Under the pieces are notes generated by a model. It ran no database searches. It worked only from the letters and a program-made list of their open reading frames with translations, and was not told where the DNA came from. The translations under genes were made by a program, and so were the position numbers. DNA of 64,000 nt, taken from the NCBI GenBank assembly GCA_951406725.2, contig OX597815.1, forward strand, positions 16,492,001-16,556,000, written 5' to 3'. Below, piece after piece: positions 1-14,000 of this stretch (position 1 is the first letter of the stretch; each line of letters opens with the position of its first letter). This DNA comes from Octopus vulgaris. Taxonomy: Eukaryota.

Positions 1-90
1 CTAGGCGTTTTGCCACGATACAACAAGTCTGCTCGCACGTAAAGAATATCATTTATATACGACTCGATATTCATTGAATTATGCTTATAG

Positions 91-507
91 GGATCTTTTC
101 GGTTTGACCGGCAGTTTTTTAAAATAATTTCTACGTAACTAAACACTTTTAAACTTCGTATACTGGTAGAATGTGTTTATAAAACATCTTTTTCTCTTGG
201 CTTTATTGAGAAAATTCTATAGTTTGTAAGATATTTGTTGTTGTTTTTTCTTCAATTTCTGCAATTTCAACCAATCAATGACGTCTATTGAGGGAAAACA
301 TTCTGTTCCGTATGAATATGTTCCTCGTTTAAGAAACAGATTGGGTTTATTTACATTTCTGAAGAAAAAAAGATACCCTTCCCCCCACCCCTAACTCTAA
401 CCCTAAAACAGATTGAAATGCAATAGATCGATACTAGGGTTATAATTATGGGGGACAATTTCATATGACACCGCTAGAAAAAACTGCCGTTCAAACCGAA
501 AAGATCC
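91..507. mobile_element. Non-autonomous DNA transposon (MITE), GGATCTTTTC TIR family, Merlin/MULE-like
   Basis: TIRs GGATCTTTTCGGTTTGACCGGCAGTTTTT / AAAAACTGCCGTTCAAACCGAAAAGATCC; 9-bp TSD TGCTTATAG (82-90, 508-516). Confidence 0.88.
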
Positions 508-637
508 TGCTTATAGACTTGAGAAGTCTTACTTTTAGCGGAAGTGAGGTCGGTGATATTCGGTAATTTCATGTAAACAAATCTATGTAAGCCAACATAC
601 ATATCTACATACATTTTATATAACATGAAAATCATTC

Positions 638-998
638 GGATCTTTTCACTTTGACCGGCAGATTTTTAAAATAATTTCTTTGTAACTAAACACTTTTAAA
701 CTTCGTATACTGGTAGTGTGTTACATAAAACATCTTCTTCTCTTGGCTTTCTTGAGAAAATTCTCTAGTTTGTAAGTTATTTGTTGTTTAATTTCTTGCA
801 TTTCGGTAATTTCAACCAATCAATGACGTCTATTGAGGTGAATACAATATCTGACGTATTTTGTCAACATTTTCATTGATTGGTTGAAATTGCCGAAATG
901 CAAGAAATTAAACAACAAATAGCTTACAAACAACAGAATTTTCTCAAGAAAGCCAAAGAAATTATTTTTAAAATCTGCCGGTCAAAGTGAAAAGATCC
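638..998. mobile_element. Foldback derivative of the GGATC-TIR MITE family
   Basis: The right arm is the reverse complement of the left arm (with a deletion); 8-bp TSD AATCATTC. Confidence 0.85.
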
Positions 999-2735
999 AA
1001 TCATTCTTATATCTTAAGTTGAAAACAATCACATTTATGTTGGGTATAGTAAGTTGAGACGGTGTACCTTAGCTGCTATTTCTGAAATACTTAAGATATC
1101 ACTAGAAGGTACTATACAAGTAGGTACCTGTTGACGCGGCTTGATGAAGGGGCTCTGTCAATAAAATCAAAAGATTTCTCCATTTCTCTTTAGGAAATTA
1201 TAGGATGTCACTGTGTCCGGGATCTTTTCTGTTTGGCTGCATTTTTCAATTTCTCCAGTTTTGTTATAATTTATTTCAAATTTAGTGTATTAATGTAGTT
1301 TTGTATACTCATTATTGACATGAAATTTATTTTCGCCATAAGTCAATAAGTAAACAGTTAATAGCTTTTAAAGTTTATAAATTTTGGGTACGTTTAGCCA
1401 CTCGAAAGCCACAGTGTCTAGCCAAGCGCTAGAAAAGTGTTTCAGAAAAACTACGTGTGTTTACAAACTGATATTTTACACTGTGTTTTTCTGCCTGCAC
1501 CCATCTTTTTCTGCTCTTAAAACAACAAAATATGTGTTGTTTACTCCTTTTTAAAGTCATTTTTCGCTTATTAACTGCTTAAAACACGTGCCTTCGTACA
1601 ATGCTGACATTGTTTTGTTGTGTTTACGATTGCAGTCACGCATAAAATGACAGCTTCCAAATCCTGTTTTCAGATTGGGTAGAAATTATCAAGCTTTAAA
1701 CATCTGAATTTTTTTTTAATTAATTTCTGGAACAAGTGAATTAGGTATTGAGAGTCAGCGTGAAATATTACATCAATACACCAAATCTGAAAATTTTCAC
1801 TTAACTTAAAATTTTTTTTAATGCAGCTGAACAAAAATGATCTGTCGTTACTTCCGGTCAATTTACATTAATTTTTTTCTAGCCCCATAAACTACATGAT
1901 AACCCTTTATTTTACCGTTTCCTGAGGTATGAACGGCTGGCTTTACCTCCGCAAGACTTCTAAATACAGGCATTTTGTCTGATGCTATAACGATTTTGCC
2001 AATCGTTTTCTCTACTACTGTCGTTCTAAGGCAGTGGTTCTAATCTGTAGAGTACCTTTTTCACATAAAGACGATCACTGGTATATATAAAATGTATATC
2101 AAATATGGCGGAGGACAAATTATAAGTAAATGAATAAAAGCGAAAGAAAATGATAATCGTTGGTAATCGGCATTATATAGGATAGTAAACTTTATGAGTA
2201 GTATTGTTGATGGCCATCGCTGTGTGGTCTAGCTGGTTGTGTGTGTAATAAATGAAGCAAACTCGTGAACATGATGAACATGATTTTGTGTTGGCTATCT
2301 TGAGGAAAAAAAACTCAATATCTGCCGGTTGGGAGGAGAGAACCACTCTGAGTCTTGTTGAAGGCTAACTGTAATACATCGTGTGTGAGTGTCCAAAATC
2401 GTCTCTGGCTTGAAGTGAGAGCCTGAGAGCCTGAAGTCGTTTGTTTGAGTTAGGTGCCAAACAGTTTGCGTAGGGTAAAAAGGGGAACAAATTTTGGATC
2501 GTCCGAGAAACCATATCACATCATTGCCTCACGCTGATTACTCGATTTATTGATCAATCATGAAAAAAGTGTAGTGGCTTACTCGTGGTCCCTAGTTGAA
2601 TACTTCGCCATTGCAGTTCGGATCCCTAAAACATAAAGCGAAAGATCGCCCAAATATGATACGAGGTAATCTAAGGAGTGAGGAGAAAAATAATGTTTTT
2701 ACAATTTTCTTGAAAACACTAGTTAAAATAACATA

Positions 2736-3278
2736 CCGTAAATCTTCGAGCATAGTCCGCCCTTGAGTATAATACACAGGGGATTTTTAGGGAGCTGTAC
2801 CTCTGAAAAACCTAAACCTTGTGTATAATACACAACCTAAACCTAAACCTGTGTAATTCTCTAACTTGAGTCGTGCGTAATCAAGCCAGCAGCACCTAGT
2901 CGAACAAACACTTCCGCGCATGCATAATACAATAATGGTGATGTTCTTAACTGTTATATGGGAATGTAAATATGCTTGCAAATTGTTTTTGTTACATGTT
3001 ATTCTGTGTTCTGAATACTTTTTATTTTAATAAATATTGCTTACTGCAAGTTATGGATGATTCTTTTATGACTTCATTGCCTTCAGGCTCAGCTTAAGGT
3101 ATTTTCGCACCTGACATCACAAAATACGTCTGAATAAACCTTGCCAGACAGCAAATAGAGACTCGGACATTGCTTAGAAAATATTTTTCATTTTTAACCT
3201 CGTAAATAGTACGCACTAGGGATTTTGACCTTTAAATTTTTTTGGGGGGAAATGCGGATTATACTCGAGTATTTACTA
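2736..3278. mobile_element. Tc1/mariner-pogo (Tigger-like) MITE, decayed
   Basis: TA|CCGTAAATCTTCGAGCATAGTCCGC ... GCGGATTATACTCGAGTATTTACTA|TA imperfect TIRs; related sequence in inverted orientation at ~3750-4000. Confidence 0.55.
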
Positions 3279-4448
3279 TACGTTCGATTTACTATTATTG
3301 TTATCTTTTTTTTAAATATTTAATTGGAACTCGATAATTATGAATATGATAAACAGAACAGAAAAGAAAAGGGTCTGAATTAGGGATAGCAGGATGGATT
3401 ACACTTTCATCATCATCATCATCATCTATATTAAATATTTACTATATCTGTGTATTGTAGTTCACATACATCAATCAAGTAACACATTCGATTGTTCTCA
3501 AACTGAAGAGGAAAACTAGCTACATTGCTACCCATTTGCTGTTGCGCATGCGTATATTCTATACATATATGAAAGGGGGAAGAAAACAAAAACCTAATGG
3601 CAACTGTTAGCAATCCTTGAAGAAAAGATATAATTTTCTTTTAACGCAAAAAGATATTAGAAGAGTTTTTAGGTTTATATTTGTCACAAGAATGACCGAG
3701 GGAATTACACAGTGACTCCTTCTGTATAAAGAAGAAATAGTTAACTTCGTAAGCTAAGCCTGAAAGCAATGAAGTCATAAAAGAATCATCCATAACTTGC
3801 AGTAAGCAACAATTATTAAACGTTATTTCTTTACTTTCTGCAAACAAAATACACAAAAAAGCTACACGTTTGCATTATGTTATATATACAATAATAATAA
3901 AGGACGTTACCGTATACAGTTTTACAAACCAAGGACGTTATATAGACCTCCTTGACTCAAGTTAGAGAAGGGGTGCGTATTATACACAAGGTTTAGGTTT
4001 AATGTAGCAAACAAATCATTTTAATTCAAAAGGTCGAGTAGGAGACATTAGCTTAATGGTAGATGGGAGAAATTAAATGCGTTTGAGGTTTCTGCGAATC
4101 AACTGGAAATCAATGAGTGACAAGATCAAAATACCAGAGGTGAAAATCAAGAAGAGAAGAAAAACTGAAGTATGGACAGTTGAAAGCAAGACTCCACTGT
4201 CTCATAATGTCCTTCTAGAAGAACAGGCTGAATAGTCGCTAACGATCCTTGGCAGCTAAGATACACTACCAAGCTAGCTAGATACACAGACAGACAGATA
4301 GATAAACTGACAGATAGACAGGGGAGACAACTCCGACAGCTAAATTATTTAAATTTGAAATTGCTTTAGAGTTCGCCTAGTGAGCATATTTATGCTGTTT
4401 TCTTTCTTTCTTTCTTTTACTCACAAATGGAGGCAGTATTTCCGAGAC

Positions 4449-4803
4449 GGATCTTTTCGGTTTGACCGGCAGTTTTTTAAAATAATTTCTACGTAACTAA
4501 ACACTTTTAAACTTCGTATACTGGTAGAATGTGTTTATAAAACATCTTTTCCTCTTGGCTTTATTGAAAACATTCTATAGTTTGTAAGATATTTGTTGTT
4601 GTTTTTTCCTTCAGTTTCTGCAATTTCAACCAATCAATGACGTCTATTGAGCTGAAAACATTCTGTGCCGTATGAATATGTCCCTCGTTTAAGAAACAGA
4701 TTGGGTTTATTTACATTTCTGAAGAAAAAATATATCCTTCCCCCCACCCATAACCCTAACACAGATTGAAATGCAATAGATCGATACTAGGGTCATAATT
4801 ATG
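4449..4803. mobile_element. GGATC-TIR MITE, right end lost at an RTE tail
   Basis: Near-identical to 91-450; ends where the RTE tail begins. Confidence 0.85.
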
Positions 4804-4980
4804 GCACATAAAAAGTACCCACTACACTCTCGGAGTGGTTTTACGTTAGGAAGGGCATCCAGCTGTAGAAACATTGCCACATCAGATTGGAGCCTGGTGC
4901 AGCCACTGGCTCTCCAGACCTCAGTCAAACCGTCCAACCCATGCCAGCATGGAAAACGGACATTATACAATGATGATGAT
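4803..4980 (+). mobile_element. RTE-LINE 3' tail fragment
   Basis: CCCACTACACTCTCGGAGTGG...CCATGCCAGCATGGAAAACGGAC followed by a (GAT)n tail; same family as 11501-12300. Confidence 0.8.
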
Positions 4981-5184
4981 GGTGGTAGTGATGATGATAT
5001 ATCAGCATCTAGTATTCTTCAAATCTTATTATTATGCTAATTATGCATTTAACAAATCAGCAGGGTTCCATTTAACAAAAACCATAATTTCACAGAAACA
5101 AAGACATGTTAACTCATCTAAGATTATGAAATTAACTTGAATAAAAGAAAATACTAAACAAATACATGCATGAAAATATAATTA

Positions 5185-5190
5185 TTTATT
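5185..5190 (-). promoter_or_regulatory. Candidate ACADM polyadenylation signal (AATAAA)
   Basis: TTTATT on the + strand about 1.2 kb past the stop, at the end of a repeat-free AT-rich tract. Other AATAAA sites exist, so the choice is uncertain. Confidence 0.35.
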
Positions 5191-6406
5191 GCATTTAATA
5201 TTATAAAAACATTTATAATGAAATAGAAAAATCTAATTTTTAAAAGAAATGAACAGCTTTTAAAATCCTTGAAAATGTCTAAAACATTTTGAGCAAATAT
5301 ACCCAAGGAATTGCATCTACTTTTGGTTTTCTTCTAATATTCTCTCTCTATACAATTGTGGCTTCTAAATTTCTTATTTTATAAAGAAAAGATTCTATTC
5401 ATATACACCCTGACTTGAAAATACTCTTTCAAACATGATTGTGATATCTGGATGAAACAGGTGTAGATAATTTAGTTAAACTGATTCTTCTTGATTGATT
5501 CCTAGTTTAGCATTATTTCATCACTATTGTTCTCCAGCACTTGCTGTATAGAATAGATATATATTTACGATATGGTTGAATAGTTTTAAGTGTTAAAATA
5601 GTTAAAAAGTTAATGTAGAGGTAATTAAAATAGTAACTGTAATGTTAAGTCGGGGTGTCCTACACACGATTACTGTATACCAAGCATATGAAAGATAAAT
5701 TTAAATGAAACTTAAGTAAATGCTCAATATCTCAGTCCTCAAATGCTTGATATTTTGGTCCTCAAAAGGTCAATATCTTAGTGCTCTAATCTGCTAATAG
5801 ATTCCACAAGGAAGCACAGCTCATGGCAAAATTAACTGTTACTTCCAAATATATATACTTATATGGCCAAAAGTAGCAAAAGATGGTATCCTACTCAGAG
5901 TAGGTAATATCTCTCAACAATATAATGCCATAAAACTGAGAAAAGTTTAATCATTTCCTAATAGCAGGAATAAGTAAAAGAAAAAATTTTAAAAAAGACT
6001 ACTTTAAAACTAGGAAGTAAAACTTAATTTATGATAAAAAGTAAGATTTGGAAATAAAAATTAGTTAATATATTGCTATCTTGACATAAAAAATAAAAAT
6101 TGAAAATAAAATCAAAAATATACATTTATCTGATGATAAAAATTAATCAATGCAGCTAATATTACCTTTGGCTACAATGTGTTTGTAACGAATTATAGGT
6201 TGCAGGTGTTTGCATCTATTTCATAGTAAATAATTTTAGCTGTTAGAATTATTTGCATGAATGATTTCAAAACCCAAACATATTTAATGATTATTTTTTA
6301 TAAAAAAAAATCCTATATCTCAATCAACTTCTGTTAATGTATCATGTTATAAATGAAGACAGCAATATCATTCAGACCAAAGTGGTTTATCCAAAGATAT
6401 CAAACA

Positions 6407-6484
6407 TTACATGTTCTTCTTGGCTTGATTTAAATGTTCTCTTGATATAATTAGTCTTTGAATTTGAGCCGTACCCTCATAAAT
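6407..6484 (-). CDS. ACADM: ACADM exon 13, terminal ([25 protein letters not shown])
   Basis: CAG acceptor, TAA stop at 6407-6409; carries the catalytic Glu. Confidence 0.96.
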   Translation of the reverse strand: MYEGTAQIQRLIISREHLNQAKKNM

Positions 6485-7984
6485 CTGAAAGTTCAGTAAG
6501 AAAATATAGAAATTAGAAATTATTCATGTTAAAGATCAACAACTTATTAAACATAAACCAATTAAGTGCTAAATTTCTATTAAATATTTTTTTAATAACA
6601 ATAATGGGAAGGTTAAAAGTATAGAATCTTCATTTTTGTATTTGGTTTGCAAGATTCTTAATGTGAATTCTTTTGTTGAAACAAATCTTGTTGTCTTGGG
6701 AGGGCCATTATACCAATAATAAACACACGCACTGGTCCGATAACACTTCTTTATTGTTAGGCAATTAGTTAAATATTTGACCAACTCTTTTACTTGTTTC
6801 AGTCATTTGACTACAGACATGCTGGAGCACTGCTGTGAAAGGGTTTTAGTTGAACAAATCAACTCTAAGACTTTTTTTAAAACCTAGAACATATTCTATT
6901 GGTCTCTTTTGCCAAACTGCTAAATTACAGGGATCTAAATACACCAACAGCAGTTGCCAAGTGGTGGTGGGGGGGGGACAAACACAGAGAGACACACACA
7001 TATTCATATATATATAGTGTTGGCCAAAAGTCAGTAATTACAGATAGAAACTATCTGTAATTCTGTAATGACTTGAATGGAAAAATGTATCGCTCAAGAA
7101 GGACTTGCAACGATAAACGCATTCTTTAAACGTGTTTACAAGAGAATTCTCTGAGAATAGAATGAGATACTGTTCTTCATTACAGAGCAGACAAAAAGAT
7201 TTACCTTTATCATATGGAGAAGATTTAGATAGAATATTCCATTCCAAATCAAATTGTTTATTATGTTCCTTTAGAAACCAAATTAATTTACTAAGCCCAG
7301 TATTGTTACATTTATTGATATGTCTAAATGTAGAGTAATGATTAGATATTCTTTTCGACAACTGAGATGAAGAACTACCTATCTAAAAAAAGGGATCAGA
7401 ACTGGGAGTAATTTTACATTGATAAACAGAGTTTCTAGTTTTAGAATTACTGCTAAGGAAACAAATACAATTTGAATTTATATCAGAAACACTAATATTG
7501 TTATTGTTATTGTTCAAAGAATGGTTAGCATTAATAATATCAATGTTATTATTTTCATTAAGAGGATTTGTATTTAACAATTTACTGTTATGCGAAGAGA
7601 TGATTTGTGAAAGGTTTATGGTGTTTGAAAACCCTATTCTAATTTGGTGTGAATTGATAATAGAATGGTAGCTTGAATTTTTTGGGAAATTCTTATCTAT
7701 AGCTTCACAAAACTGGTAAGGGAGGTTGGATTTGATCTGCTTACTATATGGAATTATCAACCAAACAGTTTTACTAGGACATACCTTGTTATTAGGGTAA
7801 TTATCTTTAAAAGACCTAGATTTACTTTTATTATATATAAGGGGACTTAAAGAATGTTATCTCCCTTATGCTGCAAAATTACATTTTTCAATTTAGTGTT
7901 GTTATTCAAACTAAAATTTATATTGTTATTACCATTATGAAGTGCATGTGTGTGTAGTTGTGTGTGTACACCCCTAAGACTGCC

Positions 7985-8019
<35 letters not shown>

Positions 8020-11000
8020 ATTAGCCATCTATGACCTCTTAAATGGTTTGGCCTTTTATTCAAGGCCAACTCAATTTCAGATCTGCTGGGATTTGCTTGT
8101 CATCCAGGAAACATTTAAGGGTGTAGTTCCTTATGTGGGGAGAGGGAGAAGAGAACACAGTAGGGGTGTGAGTGTGTGTGGTCTAATGTATATGTTTGTG
8201 TGGTCAAGTCAGTTCTGTGAGTGTGTCTGTGTGTGTGTGTATGAATGAATGAGTGTCTGCTGATGCGAGTGCATTCCAGTGTGGGTGTGTGTGTGTGTAC
8301 TTGTGTGTGTGTGTACTTGTGTGTGTGTGTATGAGGTGTGGCAGTTTCCTGAAAAGGTAAGTGTCTGTGTGTATGTTTGCATGTGCATTCTTGTGTATAT
8401 GTATGTGTTCCTGCATATGTGTGCATGTGTTGGAAACCTTTTCTCAGGTGCTGAATAACATCACTCTTTCCCATGTTCCCTCCCATGTCTCTTTCCCAGT
8501 TGTCAGAGTTAGCACTGTCAATGTAAATACATTGAAAGGTAGATCTAGTGAGATTGTTAAGATACTTGAAAGGAGGCGTGATGTATGCTGCATTCAAGAG
8601 GTAAGGTGGAGAGGAGCTTCAGCCAGGTTCCTCACAGGCAAGACACAGGTATAAAAAATCATCTAGGAAGGTAACAGTGATGGGGTAGGTGGTGCGGGTA
8701 TATTTCTTGCAGAGAAATGGGTGGATAAAGTCATAGAGGTAGCCAGAATGGGTGATAGGGTGCTCAAGCTTAGGCCAGTCTTACAGAACAACAGCATGGT
8801 GACAATTATCTCTGCCTATGCCCCTCGAGCGGGCCTACCAATTTATTTATTTATTTGTATGGGTCTCCTTGTGTCCTGCTGCCATTCTAATCCTCTGTAT
8901 CTGTACCTGCATGCACAGGTGCACATGCATGTGTATGTATGGATGCACATGGTTGTGTATTGAAGTGGTATATATCTACATGTTATTATTTCATTTAAAC
9001 TTTTATTTAAACCATATTGAAACTTCAGTAATAAAGTATATATAAAACTTGGAACAAATTATGTAAGGGAAAATAAATATCTTAATTATCTTCTAAACTA
9101 TAACATTTGAAAAATATTTTAACACTGACCTGGTAAATCTTAGCATCTCTCATTAGTTTTTCAACTGGATAATCGCTGTTGAAACCATTTCCACCAAATA
9201 TCTAATAAAAGAAAGAGTATAACAGTGAAAGAACATTTACTTCATATTTATTTTATAAACATAATAAACACGGAACAATTTAAAATATAACATGCAAACA
9301 TCTTCATATATCAACATTTTCTCCATACATATAAAAATTTATATTTCGTTTTTGGATTTGGTTTGCAAGATTCTTTATGTGAGTTTGTGTGTTGAAGCAT
9401 ATTCTATTGTGTCTGGGGAGAGTCATTTTCTTTTAGTCCCAATTATGTAACATACTCACCGGTAAAATTTCCATGTTTTTTTCTTTTTTTTATTATTTAA
9501 ATTTTTTTAATTTTTAAATTTTTATTTTTCATTTTTACTTTTTATTATTACTTTTTTTTAAATTTTACCAGTGAGTGTATCACATAATAAGGCACAAAAA
9601 GAAAATGACTCTCCCCAGACACAATAGAATAAAAATTAATGTATTCTGTTAATTCTCAGTCAGTGTGGGAGAATGAATGAAATTTTGGTGCCTAGTTTAA
9701 CAGAGAAGAGTATGAACAAAGTGTTTACCTGTACAGCATCAGTTGTACATTTATTTGCAACATCTCCTGCCAGACATTTGGCAATTGAAGCATTGTAAGT
9801 ATTTCGGATACCATTGTCGATTTCCCAAGCAGATTTATACATCATCAATCGTGCTGATTCAATTCCAATTGCCATATCGGCCAACATAAAGGCAACAGCT
9901 TGGTGCTGCAAAGGAAACGAAGACATTAAGTTAACCAAATAAGGATTTCCATCATTAGTAGAAGTTCACAAATTTTGAGGAAAAGTATGGTTAATTAAAT
10001 CAATACTAGTGCTTTACAGGTACATATTTAATGAAATAAGTACACTGGTAAAATATGAATACTGTTCTAATCTAGATAATTTCATGGTAGAAAGTGGGTT
10101 TTAACATTAATTATTTCACATAGTAAACAACAGTCGAAAAATCTAGCAGGGAGAAAATATTCTTTTATTCTTTTACGTGTTTTGGTCTTTGGATTTTGGT
10201 CATGCAGGGTGCTTTTGAAAAAAAATATCATGTAGTATTTCTTCCACCCAAATTTTACAGAAACTTGCCTTCGTTCTTGCTATTGTAAATGCAGTGAACC
10301 AGTGATTTGCCAAACAGAAACTTGAAACCAACAATGATGTTGTTCACAAAATGTGATATAAAATTTTAAAATAGATAAATATACAAAATATAGGTTTTAC
10401 TTACTGTACAAATGGGTTGCCCCATGGTTTTTCTCTCCATTGAATATTTTGTAGCTTCATCAAAGGCTCTTTGTGCTAATCCACAAGCTCCTGCTGCCAC
10501 CTGGAAATAGAATAAAGAAAAACAATCGGGTAATCGATCAATTCAGTATTTTCATAATATTTTATATGAATCGACTCTGGGCTAGATTTTAGCACATTTA
10601 ACCTTATATCAGCATAAGACATGAATAATCACTTACTGCAGGTCGTGTCTTGTCGAAAGCGCCCATTGCAATCTTAAAACCAATACCTTCTGCACCAAGA
10701 ACATTCTGAAAATAAAAACATATTTTTACCCCTTATTTAGTCTGAAGAAGAAGGATAGAGTTCGTAGCTTTCATCTTCCATGAATGATGAAATAGAAGTG
10801 AGGGCTGATGTTCAGCTTAAACATCTGTTGGGTGGTGTACATGAAAAAAGAAACTTGGATAAGAAAGGAATTCCAAACAGTTACTGATTTAGGAAGAAAT
10901 ATTTAATATGGAATTTGCAGGTCGAGCTGTTGTAGGAATGAAGAGGAGACAATACCTGGTTGCATTGGGTGGTGGTGTATAGTCAGCAAGGTTGTGAAGA

Positions 11001-14000
11001 AATAACTGTTGTTTAGTCTCTGATTGAGAAGACATAATTAAAACTGTTCTGTTCCCTATCTTTTTGTTTTGTATCTTGGACTGCCTTATCTAAAGGGTCC
11101 TTACATTTTTAAGATGGTAGAGGGTATTCTGTCTGCTTTTTTCTGCCAGGTCAAATGACAATCTGGGTGATAGATAGTGGTGAAATTACCTAGCTCCAAG
11201 TCAGCCCTCATCAAAGGTATTCCAACCATGACCATTCCATTTTTTTTTTTTCCAGACTTACTGTCTCTAAGACAATAATAAATTGTTAAATGTGATATAA
11301 GAGGAATTTAACTTCTTTTTCTATTTTGAAATAACTGTGCAGAGATATTCCATTGTTAGGAATACAGCAAAAGAGACAAGGAAGACACAGCAAATTGTTG
11401 AGTGAAAGTGAACGGGCTAGTCAAATGAACTTTTTGGGGTGATAACAATATAGCTGAGAATGTATGCTTGTATGGGTTATACAGGTTTGTTCCAGTATAT
11501 CATCATCATCGTTTAACATCCGCTTTCCATGCTAGCATGGGTTGGACGGTTTGACTGAGGGCTGGCGAACCAGATGGCTGCACCAGGCTCCAATCTGATC
11601 TGGCAGAGTTTCTACAGCTGGATGCCCTTCCTAACGCCAACCACTCCAAGAGTGTAGTGGGTGCTTTTACATGCCACCGGCATGGGGGACAGTCAGGCGG
11701 TACTGGCAATGACCTTGCTTGAATCTTTTTACACATGCCAACGGCACAGGTGCCAGGAAGGCGATGCTGGTAATGATCCCACTCAAATGTTGTCTCTTAC
11801 ACACCACCGGCACGGAAGCCAGTTAGCCGCTCTGGCAACGATCACGCTCGGATGGTGCTCTTAGCACCCTACTAGCACGGGGCACAAGTGCCAGTAAGGT
11901 GAAGCTGGTAACAATCACACTCGAATGGTGCCTTTTATGTGCCACTGGCATGGAAGCCAGTTAGCCGCTCTGCCAACGATCACGCTCATATGGTGCTCGT
12001 GCCTGTCATTGAATTTCACTTTGATTTTGCCTTCACTTGCCTCAACAGGTCTTCACAAGCAGAGTTTAGTGTCCAATGAAGGAAAAGGTATGCACAAGTG
12101 GGCTGGTTACGCCCCTGGCATAGGCCACGAGGTTATGGTCTCATTTGGCTTGCCAGGTCTTCTCAAGCACAGCATATTTCCAAAGTTCTCGGTCACTAGT
12201 CATTTCCTTGGTGAGGCCTAAATTTCGAAGGTCGTGCTTCACCACTTCATCCCAGGTCTTCCTGGGTCTACCTCTTCCACAAGTTCCCTCAACTGCTAGG
12301 GTCATCTCACCAATTGTTACACTCCTACATCGTTTAATGCACACAACAAAGAAAAGCCAATCTTTGTTGTTGTATATGTATCATGTTGTCTGGCATAGTT
12401 TTTATAGTAGGCAGAAGCAATTAATTAATACAAGTTCAATATTATACCAAAATGCATTACCTCAGCAGGAACAACAACATCTTCAAATGTGATACCTCTG
12501 GTGTCTGATGCTCTTTGTCCCATATTCCATTCCTAAAGTAGAAAGTTATCGAATACTAACAAAAGTTAAATCAGAAATATAATTGCTTAACTTTGGCTCT
12601 CTCTATCTTTGCTTTGAAGCGAAAAACAAACATGCAGACATCGTTTAGGAATTCTTTTTCCCCACTTGTAAAACATAAGAGAAATACGTAATTATTTCTA
12701 TAACTTTATTCAGTGTAACAGAATGAGAACAGCACTACTATCGCAGATAATTATGAAGGAAATTGAAAAAAAAAAATTTTATTTATATTCCATTTAAATA
12801 AAATTGAGTGATATGCAGTCGAAATTACAATATTTAAAAGTAGAAAACACTTCTATACTAGACTATGGTAAACTGGTTTTACTAAAAGTAGTAAAAATTA
12901 AATGATCAACAAATAATACAAAGATTTTGAAAAAAAAAAATTTTACAAACACAGCATCTCCGGGACATGTGAAAGGGAGAGAGAAATTGCTTGAATGCTT
13001 ACCACAGAATTCTACAAAAGATACATTAAGGCTAATATAATGGCATTAAACAGATGATATCTTAGTCTACCATCCAAGAAAATGTTATGCCTATTTTCCT
13101 CGACATAGGTCGGATGGGTCTGTTCCATCACGGCACTTCTTGTGGTTCCTTGTCATTTTCCTTGTGAAGTTCATTAATATACAAACACACATATGCATAT
13201 ATATATATATATATGCATATATATATATATATATATATACATACATATGTCATCATCATCGTTTAACGTCCATTTTCCATGCTAGCATGGGTTGGACAGT
13301 TTGAATGAGGTCTGGAAAGCCAGCAGCTGCATGAGGATCCAATCTGATCTGGCAATGTTTCTACAGCTAGATACCCTTCCTAATGCCATATATATATGCC
13401 TTTGTGTGTGTGTGATGGTGGTAAAATGCCGGGCATGCTCACAAAGAACGGGGATCAGAGTATAAAAGAGATGGTTGAGTAAAGGAAAGAGAGAGATATA
13501 GATGGTGGCAAGTACCAGGGCATACCCTCGAGGTTCAAATGCCATAATATAAGTGACAGGATATTGCAATGGGAGTGCAATTAAAGAGTGCGACTAAGTG
13601 ACAAAAGAAAGTACTACTGACATACCTTTCTGCCTTTTATTATTCCAGGTGTATCTGCATCTACAATGAAGCCAGTAAAAGCTTTACCGGCCGAGGCTTT
13701 GGGGTCTGGATCTGTTCGTGCCAACAAGAAATACCAATTAGCAACTCCTCCATTTGTTATCCACATTTTCTGACCATTGATCACATATTCATTGCCCTTC
13801 TTCACAGCTTTCGTTTTGATACCAGCAACATCAGAGCCAGCACCTGGTTCGGTCACACAATAAGCCTAAGAAAAGAAGAGAAACAACAACTATAATTATT
13901 TGCTCACTTCTTTAGTTCTATAAACAGAATGCTTCAATATTTAACCCTTTTGTTACTGTATTTATTTTGAGACGCTCTGTGTTTCTTTCAATTACTTTAA

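Noticed and set aside
388-406. Telomere or chromosome-fusion signature
   Set aside because: Only 2-5 imperfect CCCTAA units, and they are internal to a dispersed MITE.
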